From the NCBI GenBank assembly GCA_964016885.1, contig OZ024755.1, forward strand, positions 23,312,001 to 23,376,000: DNA of 64,000 bases, in the 5' to 3' direction. Within the stretch, counting starts at the first letter, position 1. Every line of letters starts with the position of its first letter. This document shows, one piece after another, positions 45,801-59,821 of this stretch. Origin of the DNA: Eledone cirrhosa. Its lineage: Eukaryota. Both the position numbers and the translations under genes were made by a program. Under the pieces are notes generated by a model. That model was given only the letters and a program-made list of their open reading frames with translations. It ran no database searches and was not told the origin of the DNA.

Positions 45801-48800
45801 ATATCACCACACATCCTAATCTTTTCTTCTCACTACTTTCCATAACTTCCTTAGAATCTGCTCCTGCTATCACTACATTCCACTGTCAACATATGCTATT
45901 TTCCCACTCAATACTCACTCTCCATACCATAAACATTTATTTCTTTATCATACTTTGGCTGATGTCCCTAACCCCTGACCATCCCCTCCTCTGCTCTCTC
46001 GATTCACTTTTTTACTGGTTAATGCTGCTACCTATCCATCATACCAGGCTTGTTTAATTTTTCATCAGTTTCCTTACATTTTCCAATTTAACATCACACT
46101 TTATATAATCTACCATTTACAAAGAGAGAAAAACTTTTATTTCCAATGGAAGTATCTCAGTTCCCTGAACTTTTCCCCATCAGTTTCGTGTTCTAGGTAC
46201 TATGTTTTCACTACAACCACCTCCACTACATGTATGTATGCACACACACATCCACACACATGCTCATCATCATCATTTTACGTCCACTTTTCCTCGCTTG
46301 CAAGGGTGGGACAGGTCCTTTTCTGCACAGCATCTCTCCATTCGTCACGGTCCTTCGTCATTTCCTCTGTGAGCTTCAACGATCTGAGGTCAGCTCTCAC
46401 CACCTCCGCCCAGGATTTTCGTGCTCAATGTATTTTTTTATATTTTTATTTACTTTTGTGTAACATTTTCTATTTTCAATTTGTTACAGGTGGCATGCGC
46501 ATAGAAATGCCCTCATTATCTCCAACAATGTCTGAAGGGGATGTTATCAAATGGCATAAGAAGGAAGGTAAATATTAAGAATTTTGTTTTATTAACCAGT
46601 CTTTTATGAAGCATTGAATAGAAATGTTTTTACTATAATTTTTGGAAGAAGGGTGATGGATTGGCAGTACCGGTAGAGCGTCGGATAACCTGCTTTGTGG
46701 CATAGAGTTACACCCCTTTATGTTCTGAGTTCAAATTCCGTTGAGGTTAGCCTTGCCTTTCAACCCTACGGGGTCGATAAAATAAAGTACCAGTAATGCA
46801 CTAGGGTCTATTTAATTGACTTTCCCATCCCCCCAAATTGTTGGCCTTGTGCCGTTATTATTGTTGAGAGACTGAAGGCTACAGTGTCACCTACCTCTAA
46901 GTTGGTATCACAAGGTGGCATATGTCCCTATTGTGGATATTTAGGTTCAGATGAGTTCTGATCAGGCAGATATATAATTCAAGCTTTCTAGCCATGCACA
47001 TTCCATTTTAATTTCTGATAATGTATCCAGGACTACATTATCCAACATGTCCTTTTTAATTTTAAGATGGCAAAGCATGGTATTGGGGGAAATTTGGCTA
47101 CCATGTCCAGCATGTCTAACAACCAGATATATGCTGCCTCAGTGGCTCATATTGGTTCCAATAGTAAAAAGCAGCAACACTGTTAAATTGATGAATAATT
47201 CAATGGTGTGTTGGTCTGTGTTCAAGTTCTTCAATGGGTCAAGAGAAGGTAATGGTAAACCTGTTCAGAGTACTTTTAAAGACTAGGTCTTCAATGGAAT
47301 CCCAATGTTAAAATATTCCTGATTTCAACCATTTCATTAATATTAGGTTTTCAGTGGTATGTTTAGCTTTATACCTCTCCAGTATACTCTTGATGTTAAC
47401 CACTACATGAAGACTGAATCTTCAGTGATGCCCTAATAGTAAGCCATCCCATTTGAAGTAATTATGGTGATAGTTGTGACTGAATTTCAGAACAGAAAAC
47501 TACATACTAGAACTAGCAGCGAAGTCGCCAACAAATCTCAACCTTCTGCTTTAAATAGAGGAAGAATACATTGGATAATGTAGTTTTTCAAATTTCTAAA
47601 ATGATATGGTTGATCATGACTGGGATAACAATGCTAACCAAAGTGACTGTTAGTTTCCAAATACCTCAACACTCTACTACTGTATCTGTCATCTCACAAA
47701 TATCCTTTGCTCCTAAATCTTTCTTTCTCTTAAGGATTATCATGGGCTATTTTAGTTTCTTGTTGTGCATACATCAACTTACCAAAGGACCAAATACGTC
47801 GGTTGGCTGAAAAGTTTATTGGCTGACTATGCTAGGGCTGTGAAATTTTGCATGCATTCATTTCAACTCTTCTTATTAATAACTAAATTGTTTCTTTCCA
47901 GGGACTATGTTGAAAAATAAAGCTCATTTGATTATTCCATGAGAGCATCTTGGTCAGTCTATGAACTTTTCAGCCAACGAACTTTTCAGCCAACTTTTGT
48001 ACACTTTCATGACTCTTCATCCAAGAAATATGCTTCAATATCCATTTGTCTATTGAGGCATCTCCCCTGTTTTCTTCATTTTATTTTATAATGTCTCCTA
48101 AACAAGTTGACGAAAAGTGTTGTCTAACTTTTTTTCTTGTTTGACCTTCAGGTGATAAGGTAGTCCCTGGTGACATCCTTTGTGATATTCAGACTGACAA
48201 AGCTGTTGTTAGTATGGACATTGAAGAAGAAGGAATATTGGCAAAGATTCTGGTAAGTAATTCTTTTACTGGCATCAGTCATTGGACTATGGTCATACTG
48301 GTTTCAATCAATTTATGATCATCTTGTTTTCATTTTTTTTACAAATAGTTTATCCTGTAGCTCCCAATAAAACTCTCACAACCCAGTGATGTAGCTCCTA
48401 TGAGGTAAGTAAAGGCCATTTCTAAAGAAAGCCTAGTCTTCACTGGTTTGTCAAAGTACCAGATTGGTGACTGGTGCAAATAAGACCACTGAAACAGGAA
48501 CTGCATTATGATGAGGAAAATAAAGAAGAACCATACGTCTTTCATGCGGGTTAACAAGGGACGTGTTCAGGTCTTAGGTAGAGGGGCCTGTTCGAAAAAT
48601 ATAAAGCAGTCTTCATTTCATGCTGCAAAAACTGGCAATGGGCCTGTGACCTGTTCTGGGAGGCGAAGGATGGACACACACATATTGTGTATCCCAAGAC
48701 TCCAAAGAGGGTCTGGAAGGTAGCAAACATTGACAGTTAGAACCTGGAACGTCACAACCCTTACAGGTAAGGAGCAGGAACTAGTGGAGGAGGCTAGATG

Positions 48801-51800
48801 TTGGCATTAGGAAGGGCATCCAGCCATAGAAACCAAGCCAAAAACAGTTCTGTATGAGCAAGACACGGTCACCTGATCTGATCTGTTTCACAACAGGACA
48901 ACTTGTCTAACCCATGCTAGCGTGGAAAAAGGATATTAGAATAAGGACGGGTTGGAAGAAGTTTAGGGAGCTGCTTCCTCTGTTGACAAAGAAGGGTTTC
49001 TCCCTGCGCACGAAAGGACGGTTATATGATGCCTGTGTGAGATGCTGCATGGTAGTGAGACATGGGCAGCAACTGCAGAGGATATGCAACGGCTGGAGAG
49101 AAATGATGCAAGTATGCTTCGTTGGATGTGCAATGTCAATGTACATGAACGACCAAGCATAGACGAGTTGAGAAAGAAAGTGGGTACAAGAGGGATAAGT
49201 TGTGGTGTGCAGGAGAGAAGGCTGAGATGGTATGGAGATGTGATGCGCATGGAGGATGACCACTGGGTAAAGAAGTGCTAAGAAATCCTACCTAGTAGAA
49301 GGAAGACGCAGTAGAGGTAGACCACGAAAAACATGGGCGGAGGTGGTGAGAGCAGACCTCAGATCGCTGAAACTCAAAGGAGATGACGAAGAACCATGAC
49401 AAGTGGAAAGATGCTGTGTTGAATAGGACCCGTCCAATACTTGCAAGCAGGGAAAAGCGGACGTAAAATGATAATGATAATGATGATCTGTCCACTAGTA
49501 AAGATATTTTAAACATTTGAATTAACAAACACGTTTTTATACATTTTCTACTAAATCCTTACAGGATGTTAAGAGTAAAATCATTGTTCCTCTTTTCCTT
49601 TCTATTCCTAGATACCAGAAAATAGTAAGAACATACAAATCGGTAAATTAATTGCATTGATGGTCGATGTTGATGATGACTGGCAAAATGTAACCATCCC
49701 TGTTGAGGAAACAGCTGATGCAGCTGCACAAGTTCAAAGCGTTAAAGCAGCAATGCCAGTCACTCCTGTTGCTTCATCAGCTGCAACACCTTTAGAGAGT
49801 AGTGCCAAAACCATTGAAGAAATATATGCTCTGTAAGTTGTTCACTTCAGCTTATAAATGCTAGCAATTTCAATTGTTTTTATCATTTTTATGACCCCCT
49901 TTCCAGCCTGGTATGGGTTGGGTGAGTTGATATGAACTGAGACAGGAAGAGTCAGGATGATCTCATCTTGCTCATATGTTCTAAATTTGCATGATTTCTA
50001 GAGCTGAATGCCCTTCCTAAAGCCAATTCCTTTGTAAGGTGTGCTGAGTGCATGTTATCTTGGAACTACCACTTTACAGAATGCACTAGATTTGTTTTAT
50101 CATAGCACTGGTATTACCACTTTACAGAGTGTACTTGGTGCATTTTATCATTTTTTCCCCCAGCACTGGAGATGTTGTCACATGTTGAAACATGAGTCTC
50201 CTGCCTGTTGGATTTGCCCATAAAATCTGTCCAGCGATTCTTTCCTGAGACATTTCTAACCACATGCCCACAGAGTGGGTGAGTCTTTGATTTCATTTCT
50301 CATTTGTAACTAACTGATCCATTTATTGTAAGCTGTATCAAATCCCTTTTAAAACCATATCTATGCAAGTATCAAGTGTGTATAATTGTTTAACTGCCAC
50401 TGTATATAGAATTATATACACCATCTATATCTAATCCTCTGGGAATTGTCTTATCTTTGTTATCACTACTGTGTATAATTGTGTAACCATTTATATTGTA
50501 TATTCAATATAACTAGCTGTGTTGGGTTGGCAGTGTCAGTAGAGCATCAGACAACATGCTTTGTGGTATATAGTTATGACCCTTTACGTTCTGATTTCAA
50601 ATCCTGCCAAGGTTACCTTTGCCTTTCATCCTTACAGTGTTGATAAAATAAAGTACCAGTAATACACTGGGGATATATTTAATTGACTTTCCCCTTCCCC
50701 CAAATTGTTGGTTTTGTGCCTATATCGGAAACCATTTGGATTGGCAGAGGGTCGGACGCCATGCTTTGACGCATAGAGTTACGGCCCTTGCCATTCTGAG
50801 TTCAAATCCCGCCGAGGTTAACTTTGCCTTTCATCCTTACGGGGTCGATAAAATATAGTACCAGTAATACACTGGGATAATTGCTGGCCTTGTGCCAAAA
50901 GTAGAAACCATTATATAACTAATTGCACATAGCCTGTTATATATGTTGCCACCACTGTGTTTAATTCTGTAGCAGTATATGTGTAAATATGCATATGTTA
51001 TTTTCTTTTTGTATTGCTAGCAGTCTCTTTAATTGGATAGTCACCAGAATATTTATTTATATATGTATGTTGCTTTCTGTGTATAGCTGCTTGTGTGTCT
51101 AATTGTTTAGACAGCAGTGTGCTTAACCCTTTACCATTTACATTACTCTATATATACTATTGTATTTTCATGGTAAAGGCTTTATCTCACAGTATATCGA
51201 ATCTATGACATTTTGATATTATTTATTTTGAGAATAATATCTTAACATCAGTACGAGTGGTCGGTTTGAATAAACAGAGGTGAGATAATTCTGGCCATAT
51301 ACGGCTGGTTAAAATGATAAAAGGTTAATGATATAAACCAGCGTTTTTCAACCAGTCTTCCCCGGAACCCTAGGATTCCTCAAGAGGTTGCTAGGAGTTC
51401 CGCGAGAAACACTGATAAATAAGCTAAAAGAGATAGATATTAATAATGATATATAATAATTTTTATGCAGGAGCTCCCTGAGACATGAAAACTGTTTCAA
51501 GGATTCCACAAGGGTAAAAAGGTTGAGAAACGCTGATATAAACCAGCTTTATAAGTTATGAGGTGATGTACTGAATGGTATATATAAACAAAAAGTCCCT
51601 AATTATTTGTAATTTCCCTCAGAGCTGGAAAATAAAATAAAAACCTATCAGAAGTTTGAAATGTCAGACTTTCCTTTTCAGAGATTAATTCTTCATTTCT
51701 TGAAATGGATAAATATAGTATATTATCAACCCAGGCTTTGCTGCCCACAAGGCTGAAGAGGGCAAACTGTCCAAGTATCGACTGTTCTCTATAAGGTCTG

Positions 51801-53761
51801 TGGTTGTTAGTCGCCAGACCACATCCCTGATCGCTGCTATTGGAGTGGAGCTGGCTACCTGCAAGTGCAAGCTCTGCGAAGTGGAGTGGCTGTTTGAGCG
51901 CATCTCCCTCGGCTTCCTCTAAGGTAATGTCTTCGCCATCCTGTCAGCGACAACCATGAAGTGGACTGTCACTTAAGATATGTTTGTATACTATGTTTTA
52001 CTGTCAGCCTTGCTGTCCTCTGGCCGGGACCACAATGCAGACTGTCACTTAAGATATGTTACAAAGTTTATTTTTAATGAACTGCCAACTTGATGAGTAA
52101 CACCACTAATGTTTATGATGTACATTGTCAGTGACACACAGACAGTCTGACTTACAGGTATAATAAAAATAAAAGAAAGAAATTTATAATTAATTTAGGT
52201 TTGCATATCAACAAAGAAGAAAATGAAAAAAGAAAAAGAAAAAAATTAAATTGTGAAAATAAGGGAAAGGGAGGAGAAAGTGGCAGACTCTACTCTCCAG
52301 TTTAGGAGGTATATTTCAGCTGCACCCCATGGACAAAATGATAAAGGTACTGTTGTAGAGAGCAGCCAGAAACATCTGCTGCATCAGCCACTCTACCTGA
52401 TGGTACTCCTTCCTCAAGCAGGATGTGCTCCTTCTGATTTTGTAGAGAAAAACAGCTGCTTGAAGATTGAGGACACCGAATGTCTTGATGGTGACTGGCA
52501 TGAAAAGGCTATTTTACTCTCCTCTGCATTGCAGAGGAGATGGAGCGTCGGTTGTGCTTTGCGGCATATAGTTACGTCCCTTTACGTTCTGAATTTGAAT
52601 TCCACTGAGGTTAGCTTTGCTTTTTATCCTTACGGGATCAATAAAATGAAAGTACAAGTAATGCACTGAGGTCGATTAAATCAACTTTCCCTTTCTCCCA
52701 GTTGCTCGCCCTGTGTCTAAATCAGAAACCATTATTATGATGTCAGTATATGACCTCTTAACTTATTTATTCAAGTTCATGACTTTAGCATATTTAATTT
52801 AGTATTTCTCTAAGCTCATTATATTTCTTAAATATTGTTACGCTGTTTTTCTATGTAGACACGTACAAATGTAATTAAGTTTGTAGATTAGTGTTAGCAT
52901 GGAGAATTGTAAAAGCTGACTAGAAATAAATATATTGTAAAAAAACAACAACACAAAAACAAACAAAAACGATAATTCGGTTTAGAATTTCACAAGCAGG
53001 AGTCAACTGCACATTAAAATAATCACTGATGTGTATAGAGTGTATATTGTTTATATATGTAACTATTTGTAGATATAGTCATATGACTACATATGTATAT
53101 ATATGTGTGTTTATTATTGATGACTTGGCAGAATCGGTAGAGTGTCTGACAAAATGTTTTGTGGCATTTATTCCAGCTTTTTACATCCTGAGTTCAAATC
53201 ATATTGAGGTCAACTTTGCTTTTCATCCTTTCGGGGTCAATAATATGTTAGTACCTGTCAATTACTGGGGTTGATTTAATCGATTTTTTTTCCCTGTTTC
53301 CCCTTATTATTGGCTTTGTGCCTAAAGTGCAAATCGTTTTTGGTAGAGACATAGTCATATGTCTTCTTCTTGTGTCATCCGATGCCTTGAGGCAATGGTG
53401 AGGCATTGACAAAGTTCAAACTCCGGAGTTCTCAGTTGGCCATCGCAGCATGCAGATCCATTTCTTTGAGGCTTGAGATGCAATTCTCCAGTGGGTTCGT
53501 CTTGGTGAGTGACATGGCTGGCAAGGGCCAGACAACGATGCTTCAGAACATCAAGAATATGAAGCAGAAATCCATATAGAGACTCGTTGGATGACATCGC
53601 CAGAAGATGTTGTATGCCAATATAGCATCCTGGTGTATGTACCATTGAGTCTTGTGGCGAACAGCATTCAATGTCCACAACTCTGAACCACACAGAAGGA
53701 TCATTTCTATACAGACCAGAAACATCCTTGCTTTTGTGTCCTTATCATATAACTTCATGTA

Positions 53762-53802
<41 letters not shown>

Positions 53803-56800
53803 TATTGGTGGAGATGGTAGATTGACAGAGTTGTATAAAACACCCTGCAGTATTTAATTACCTCCATTTACATTTGGAGGTCGACTTGATCATTCATCCT
53901 TCTAAGGCCAATAAAATAAATACCAGTTAAATACTGGGATCAATTAAATCTGCTATACCCCACACTCTTCAAATTTGCTGTCTTTTGTGCCTTTTCTAGA
54001 AACCATTAATGATCAAAGAAAAAATAAGTAAACATTGGTAATTATGATATAATGACAATAATAATGATGATGATGTTGATGGCATATAGTTTAGTAATCG
54101 TTTTAATTATATCATATCATATCCGCTTTATTATTTGACTGTTATTTAGGGAATATATCTCAATATTAGCAAACTTTGGCTTACACTAAACTTGCCAAAA
54201 AACCTCATCTATACTCCTTTATAAATGACAAGAGTAATTTGTAATATTTAGATGGAAATCCAATGATATTTGTAGGAAAAGCAATGCTTGCTTTTTTCAG
54301 AATATACATCACTGCGTGCAATCATTCATGTGGTGCAAGTAACATCACTCATTTTAAATGTTAATCCTGACAACTTGTTCGAGTACTGGGTCAATAAAAT
54401 GCTCAGTCATCACAAGTTACTTGAAGTTCATTTATTCTGTCAGTCTGTCTGTCTCACATTCTCTCTCTTCCTCACTCTCAATCTCCCCCTCTCTCTTTCA
54501 CACACTCAACTCATGAACATGCCTAAAACATGAATTAAGTTCCTTTAATAAACAGCAATTGTCTACTCTACTCCATCATTACAGCACAGGAGTTGGTCCT
54601 TCAGTTAAGAAATTATTGGAAGAGTACAATATCAGCCCAAAAGATGTTCAACAAAGTGGTCCTCAAGGTCAAATTCTAAAGGGGTAAACCACAGAGTTTT
54701 ATATTATTTTATATAAATCTACTATAGTGTTTATATCATTGCTATATCAACCCACTAATCCCTTACCTAAACCTCCCTCTCATATCATTATACTAAACCT
54801 TTTACTTTTTATCCTCATAGTTGGACCACCCAGTTCCCAAATTATGGTTCCGATGTAAGCAGGGTACGCCGTGGCCAACTTGGCCTGACCCTCCTCATAA
54901 AAGCGCCACCCAGGGTTCTACTATGAGTAAGGCTTGGTGCAGCCAATTGGCCAGACCTCCCTCATAATGGGTCCACCAAGATCCTAAATTATAGTTCTGT
55001 GAGCAGTGTATGGCATGGCCAACTGGCCTGTCCCTCCTCATAACAGTGCCATCCAGTTCCACACCGTAACTGTGGTTGTGGCCCCCCAAACTATGGTTAC
55101 GCTATGAGCAGGTCAACTGGCCTGTCCCTCTTCATAATGGTGCCATCCAGTTCTACACTGCAAATGTGGTGGGTGTTCGGAAGGGCATCCAACTGTAAAA
55201 ATACCAACCACATTTACAGGTCCATCTGAGCAAGGTATTGTGCAGTGGCCAATCTGACATGGACGACTTGTCTTACCCATGCAAGCATGGAAAATTGACG
55301 TTAAACAGTGATGATGATGAATATTATATTATTCTTATATTGTCAGTGAATTTGATGAGTCGTTAGAACATAGAACAAAATGCTTTACGTTATAAATTCA
55401 AATCCCGCTGAAGTCAACTTTGCCTTTCATCCTTCCTGGGTTAATAAAATATAATACCAGTAACATACTGGGGGTTGATATAATCAACTTTTCCCCTCCC
55501 CACAAATTACAGGCCTTGTGCTTAAATTAGAAATGATTATTCTAATATTATAAGGTTGTGCATGGCAGAGAGGTTAAAATGCCTTATATTTAATTTCGTC
55601 CTTTTATGTTTTGAGTTCAAATCCTGCCAAGGTCAACTTTGCCTTTCATCATTTTGGGCTTGATAAAATAAAGTAGCAGTGAAGTTTTGATGTTTATGTA
55701 ATAAACTGACTATACCATTCCTCCATTCCTTCCAAATGTGTGCCCCTTGTGCACGTGTTAAAAATCTCCTTAACACTTTCTATTAATATTTCACCAACCT
55801 CTTACTAAGTCTGCTGAAACCCTAAGCTAACCATGAATCAACTAACATATCATTTTAACACTAATCAAACATTACTGAATGTTTCCTCATGCTTCAATAA
55901 AATTATTAACTTAGTAAACAGGATTTTTGCAATAACCTATCACCTTGTTAAGTATCTTGCTATCTTTTTATCAACATAACATTTGCTCTTTTAGTTTATC
56001 ATTCTATTAAAATATGTTATGTTTTATCATCCAACTAGCATTCTTGTCTCGTTTTTTCTTTTTTGTTTTACATATATTAAAAATTGTGTTATCTAGTGTA
56101 TACATCATCATCCATTTTTAATTTAGTGGGTTGAAGAGATATTTGGCTTGTCTGTCTAGAGGACTGAACAGCTCTTTTAAATGAAATCAAAATAGATGAG
56201 TATTGAAAAACTGTATAAAGAGGAGAAACTTAAGAATGGTTGAACATATATGAGAGCAAATTAGCAGAATCATTGAAGCGTAGAACAAAATGCTTTGTGA
56301 TATTTCGTTTTTGCTCTCTGCAAATCGCCCCACCCCAAGGTCAATTTTGGCTATCATTCTTTCAGTTCAGAGTGGTGGATTGGCAGAATTGTTAGAATAT
56401 TGTACGAGTTGTTTTGTGGTATTTGTTTCAGCTCTTTACATTCTGAATTCAACTCCCATTATTAGCTTACTTGGGTGGTAGACTTTATCCAATATCTGAT
56501 TTAACACCACCACCTAGTCTTTTAACAGAGTCCAGTCTGTTGTAAGCAGTATTTGAGTCACCTCTCCAATTTGAGGATACATTCTTTTCTCCCTCCTACC
56601 AATCTTGACAGTCCTGCCCTTCCCTCCCTCACTAAACAGTAAAAATAATAAATAAAATTCACATACTGCTGTGGATTGAAGTTTCTATAATTGATAGAGA
56701 ACCATTGTGAAACTTTAGAATTTGAAAGAAGCATTACATATAGAAGTTTCTGAAAACAATAAGTAAGCCCAATACTGATACCAACTTAACCCTTTTGATA

Positions 56801-59780
56801 CCAACCCACCTAAGACTGTTCATGAATCTATAATACAAAAGTGTATATATTTATTTTAAAACCTTCCATCATAATTTTATGTAGGAACCCTTATTAAGTT
56901 CTATTCTAAACACCAGTTAAATAATGTCAAAGTTAGTTATTTTATGTAATGACTCAAAATTTTTGATTTTCTAAATTTTTTGAAATCCATCAAAAGTGTT
57001 AATATTTAATGAAAAATAAATCTAAATAACAAAAATATTATATTAAATGTGCATGCAACAGGATCATAGTGAATTACAGTTGCTATTATTAGTTTAATTG
57101 TCATTCAAAGAAAACATGTTGCCTTCTGGATATTAGGTGCTTATTGAGTTGGTGTATTTATAATAAATTCTTTATTATATTTCATTAGGTCTTTAAGTAT
57201 TGCTTAATATTAGTTTCAGAATATGTATTTTCACTAGAGTATATTTGATTTTCGTTTATGGCATGAACTTACACTTGCATGGCTTAAGCTTTAAGACTGG
57301 CATAAGACTGTTGGTAGGATTAACCAGGTAAATGAGCTTTCATTGTGAAGATGGATGGCCTAGTGGTAAGGGTTTTGAGCTCATAGTCATAATGCCATGG
57401 CTTCAATTCTCACCAGAAAACTACTGTAAATGAGGTTGGCATTAGGAAGGGCATCCAGCTGTAGAAACCAAGCCAATATCAGTTCTGTATGAGCAAGACA
57501 CGGTCACCTGACCTGGCATTGCCCACAACAGGACAACTTGTTTAACCCATGCTAGCGTGGAAAAATGGACGTAAAATGATGTTGATGGTGATGATGTTTT
57601 ACAAGGATAGCTGGCTTTCCTGTTGATTTCTTTTGAATGAAACAGTTCTAGTCCTGTAGAAGCCATTTCTATATTAAACTTTATATATATATATATGAAA
57701 AGATTCAGGACCCTGACGACTGAGCTCCAGCCATTTTGACACACACACACACATATATTCCAACAAATTTTCTGTCATTGAGGAAACTTTCCTGAATTAA
57801 CTTGACTTGGAAAACAACTACTTATTCAGAACAACTGTTCAATTTTATCTATTTTTTAAAATGGTACTGCAAAAGCTATGGAGTTGCTCTACTGATTTAA
57901 TGCTTATAAGTTCAAATACTATCAGTTATGTTGTACCCTAACCATAGGTGAAGCATTATAATTATTATTTCCATTGTGAACCTGGTCATTCTTACTACAC
58001 AGTCTCAGTAATTAACCATAAAGAGCTATAAAATGAGGTGGGTTTGCTTTCTGGGAAAAGCGAAAACTCCTTGGTTTTGTTTTTTGCAAAGCCTTTCATT
58101 TGAGAAATGCTTTTGCTCACCCTTCCTGTTGTTTCTCTATACTTTTACAGGTGGGAATAGTTTTTGTTTAAGTAGCTGTTTTAACAGTGTTTATCTTCCT
58201 ACCAATAACCAGTCAACTGGGATTTAGGGAGTATAATATGCTTTATGTTAGTCTATCAGTTAAGAAACCTGGAACAAACAGAATTAGTTGAGGTACTTAA
58301 GGGTCAAACATCAGTGGGTGTAATATCTAAAATAAAATATCAGTTAATCAAATGTAAATAAACTTGTTCCAACAATGGATGTACAAACTCCTGCTCTTTG
58401 TTTCTCTTTGTTCTAGGGATGTTCTTTCAGTCATCAAGACAAAGCACCTGATGAAATCAAGTCTTATCTCTTCTGCTCAGCTGATACATGGTCTATCAGT
58501 TACCGAACCTGCATTGAAGGCACCTCCACCACCTCCTGCTGCAAAAGGTCCAACAAAAATAAAGTACACAGATATTCCTGTTACCAGTATGAGGAAAACA
58601 ATAGCTAAACGTCTTACCGAATCAAAGGTAAAGAATTCATTCTTACATATAGCTAAATTTTTTTTTCACTAGCGGTGGTCATGCTGGTGACATGCCAAAT
58701 AGCACCTAGTCTACTCTGTAAAATGTCATGCTGGTGACATGCCAAATAGCACCCAGTCTACTCTGTAAAATGTCATGCTGGTGACATGACAAAAAGTGCC
58801 CAGTTCACTCTGTAAGGTGTTCATGCTGGTGACATTACAAAAAGCATCTAGTCCACCTTGTAATGTTGACATAACAAAAAACACCCAGTTCACTTGGTAA
58901 GGTGGTTGTGCTGGTGACATGACAAAATGCACCCAGTCCACTCTGAAAGGTGTTTGTGCTGTTGACATCACAAAAAGCACTCAGTCCACAATAATGTGGT
59001 TGGTGTTAGGAAGGGCATCCAGTGTTAGATACCAAGTCAAATACAGAACTATATGAACAAGACGTGGTCTCCTGGCTTGATTTGTCTCATAACACGACAA
59101 CCCGTCTAACCCATGAAAGCATGGAAAATGGACCAGTCCAGTACTGGGGTTGATTCTTCCTCTATATCTCTTTCTCACTTCTTTTCTCTCACTCTCTATC
59201 CTCTCTGGAAGAAATCTGCTGTACTCAGGCCTGGAGAAGAGATGGGCTCTGCCAGCTTTAAAAATGCCTTAGAAACACCATATGTCACTACAGTGCCTCT
59301 ACAACTCCTTCAGAAGTTACTGGATCATGCCTGCATACAAATGTAGAAACCTAAATATATTGAAAAAAATATATTTTGATTAGAACTTATTAATTGTTTA
59401 ACAAGTTTTCTGATAGATTATTTAAAATTATTCAAATGTCCATTGATGTACATTGGAACATGTCACTTTGATGTTTCATATTTTTGTTTCTATTAGACAA
59501 CTATTCCACATTCTTATGGCTCTGTTGACTGCAATGTTGATAAGGTAACAGCACTTCGGAAAAAATTAATTGGTAAGTACTAATGTATTGTAGAAACTCA
59601 GATAAATCACAGTTTGTTTACTAAAATTAAAATACAAAACAGACATGAAAACTGCATGTGATTTATCTACCAAACCTTACTCTGTGATTAAGACCCTCTT
59701 CCTGCTATTTCAAGCGTTAACCTAATATATTCCTTCCATATACTGTACCGATTGTGTTGTTATTTTTGTTTACCTTTTAC

Positions 59781-59821
<41 letters not shown>

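Noticed and set aside
48355-48520. HDV-like ribozyme in the RTE 5' UTR (also 1826-1970)
   Set aside because: Known for some RTE families, but I could not build the nested double pseudoknot from these copies.
51753-51785. CTGAAGA plus GGGCA-AAC-TGTCC stem as a hammerhead
   Set aside because: No GAAA box follows, and the bases are codons (AEEGKLSKY) of a CRE-like LINE fragment.
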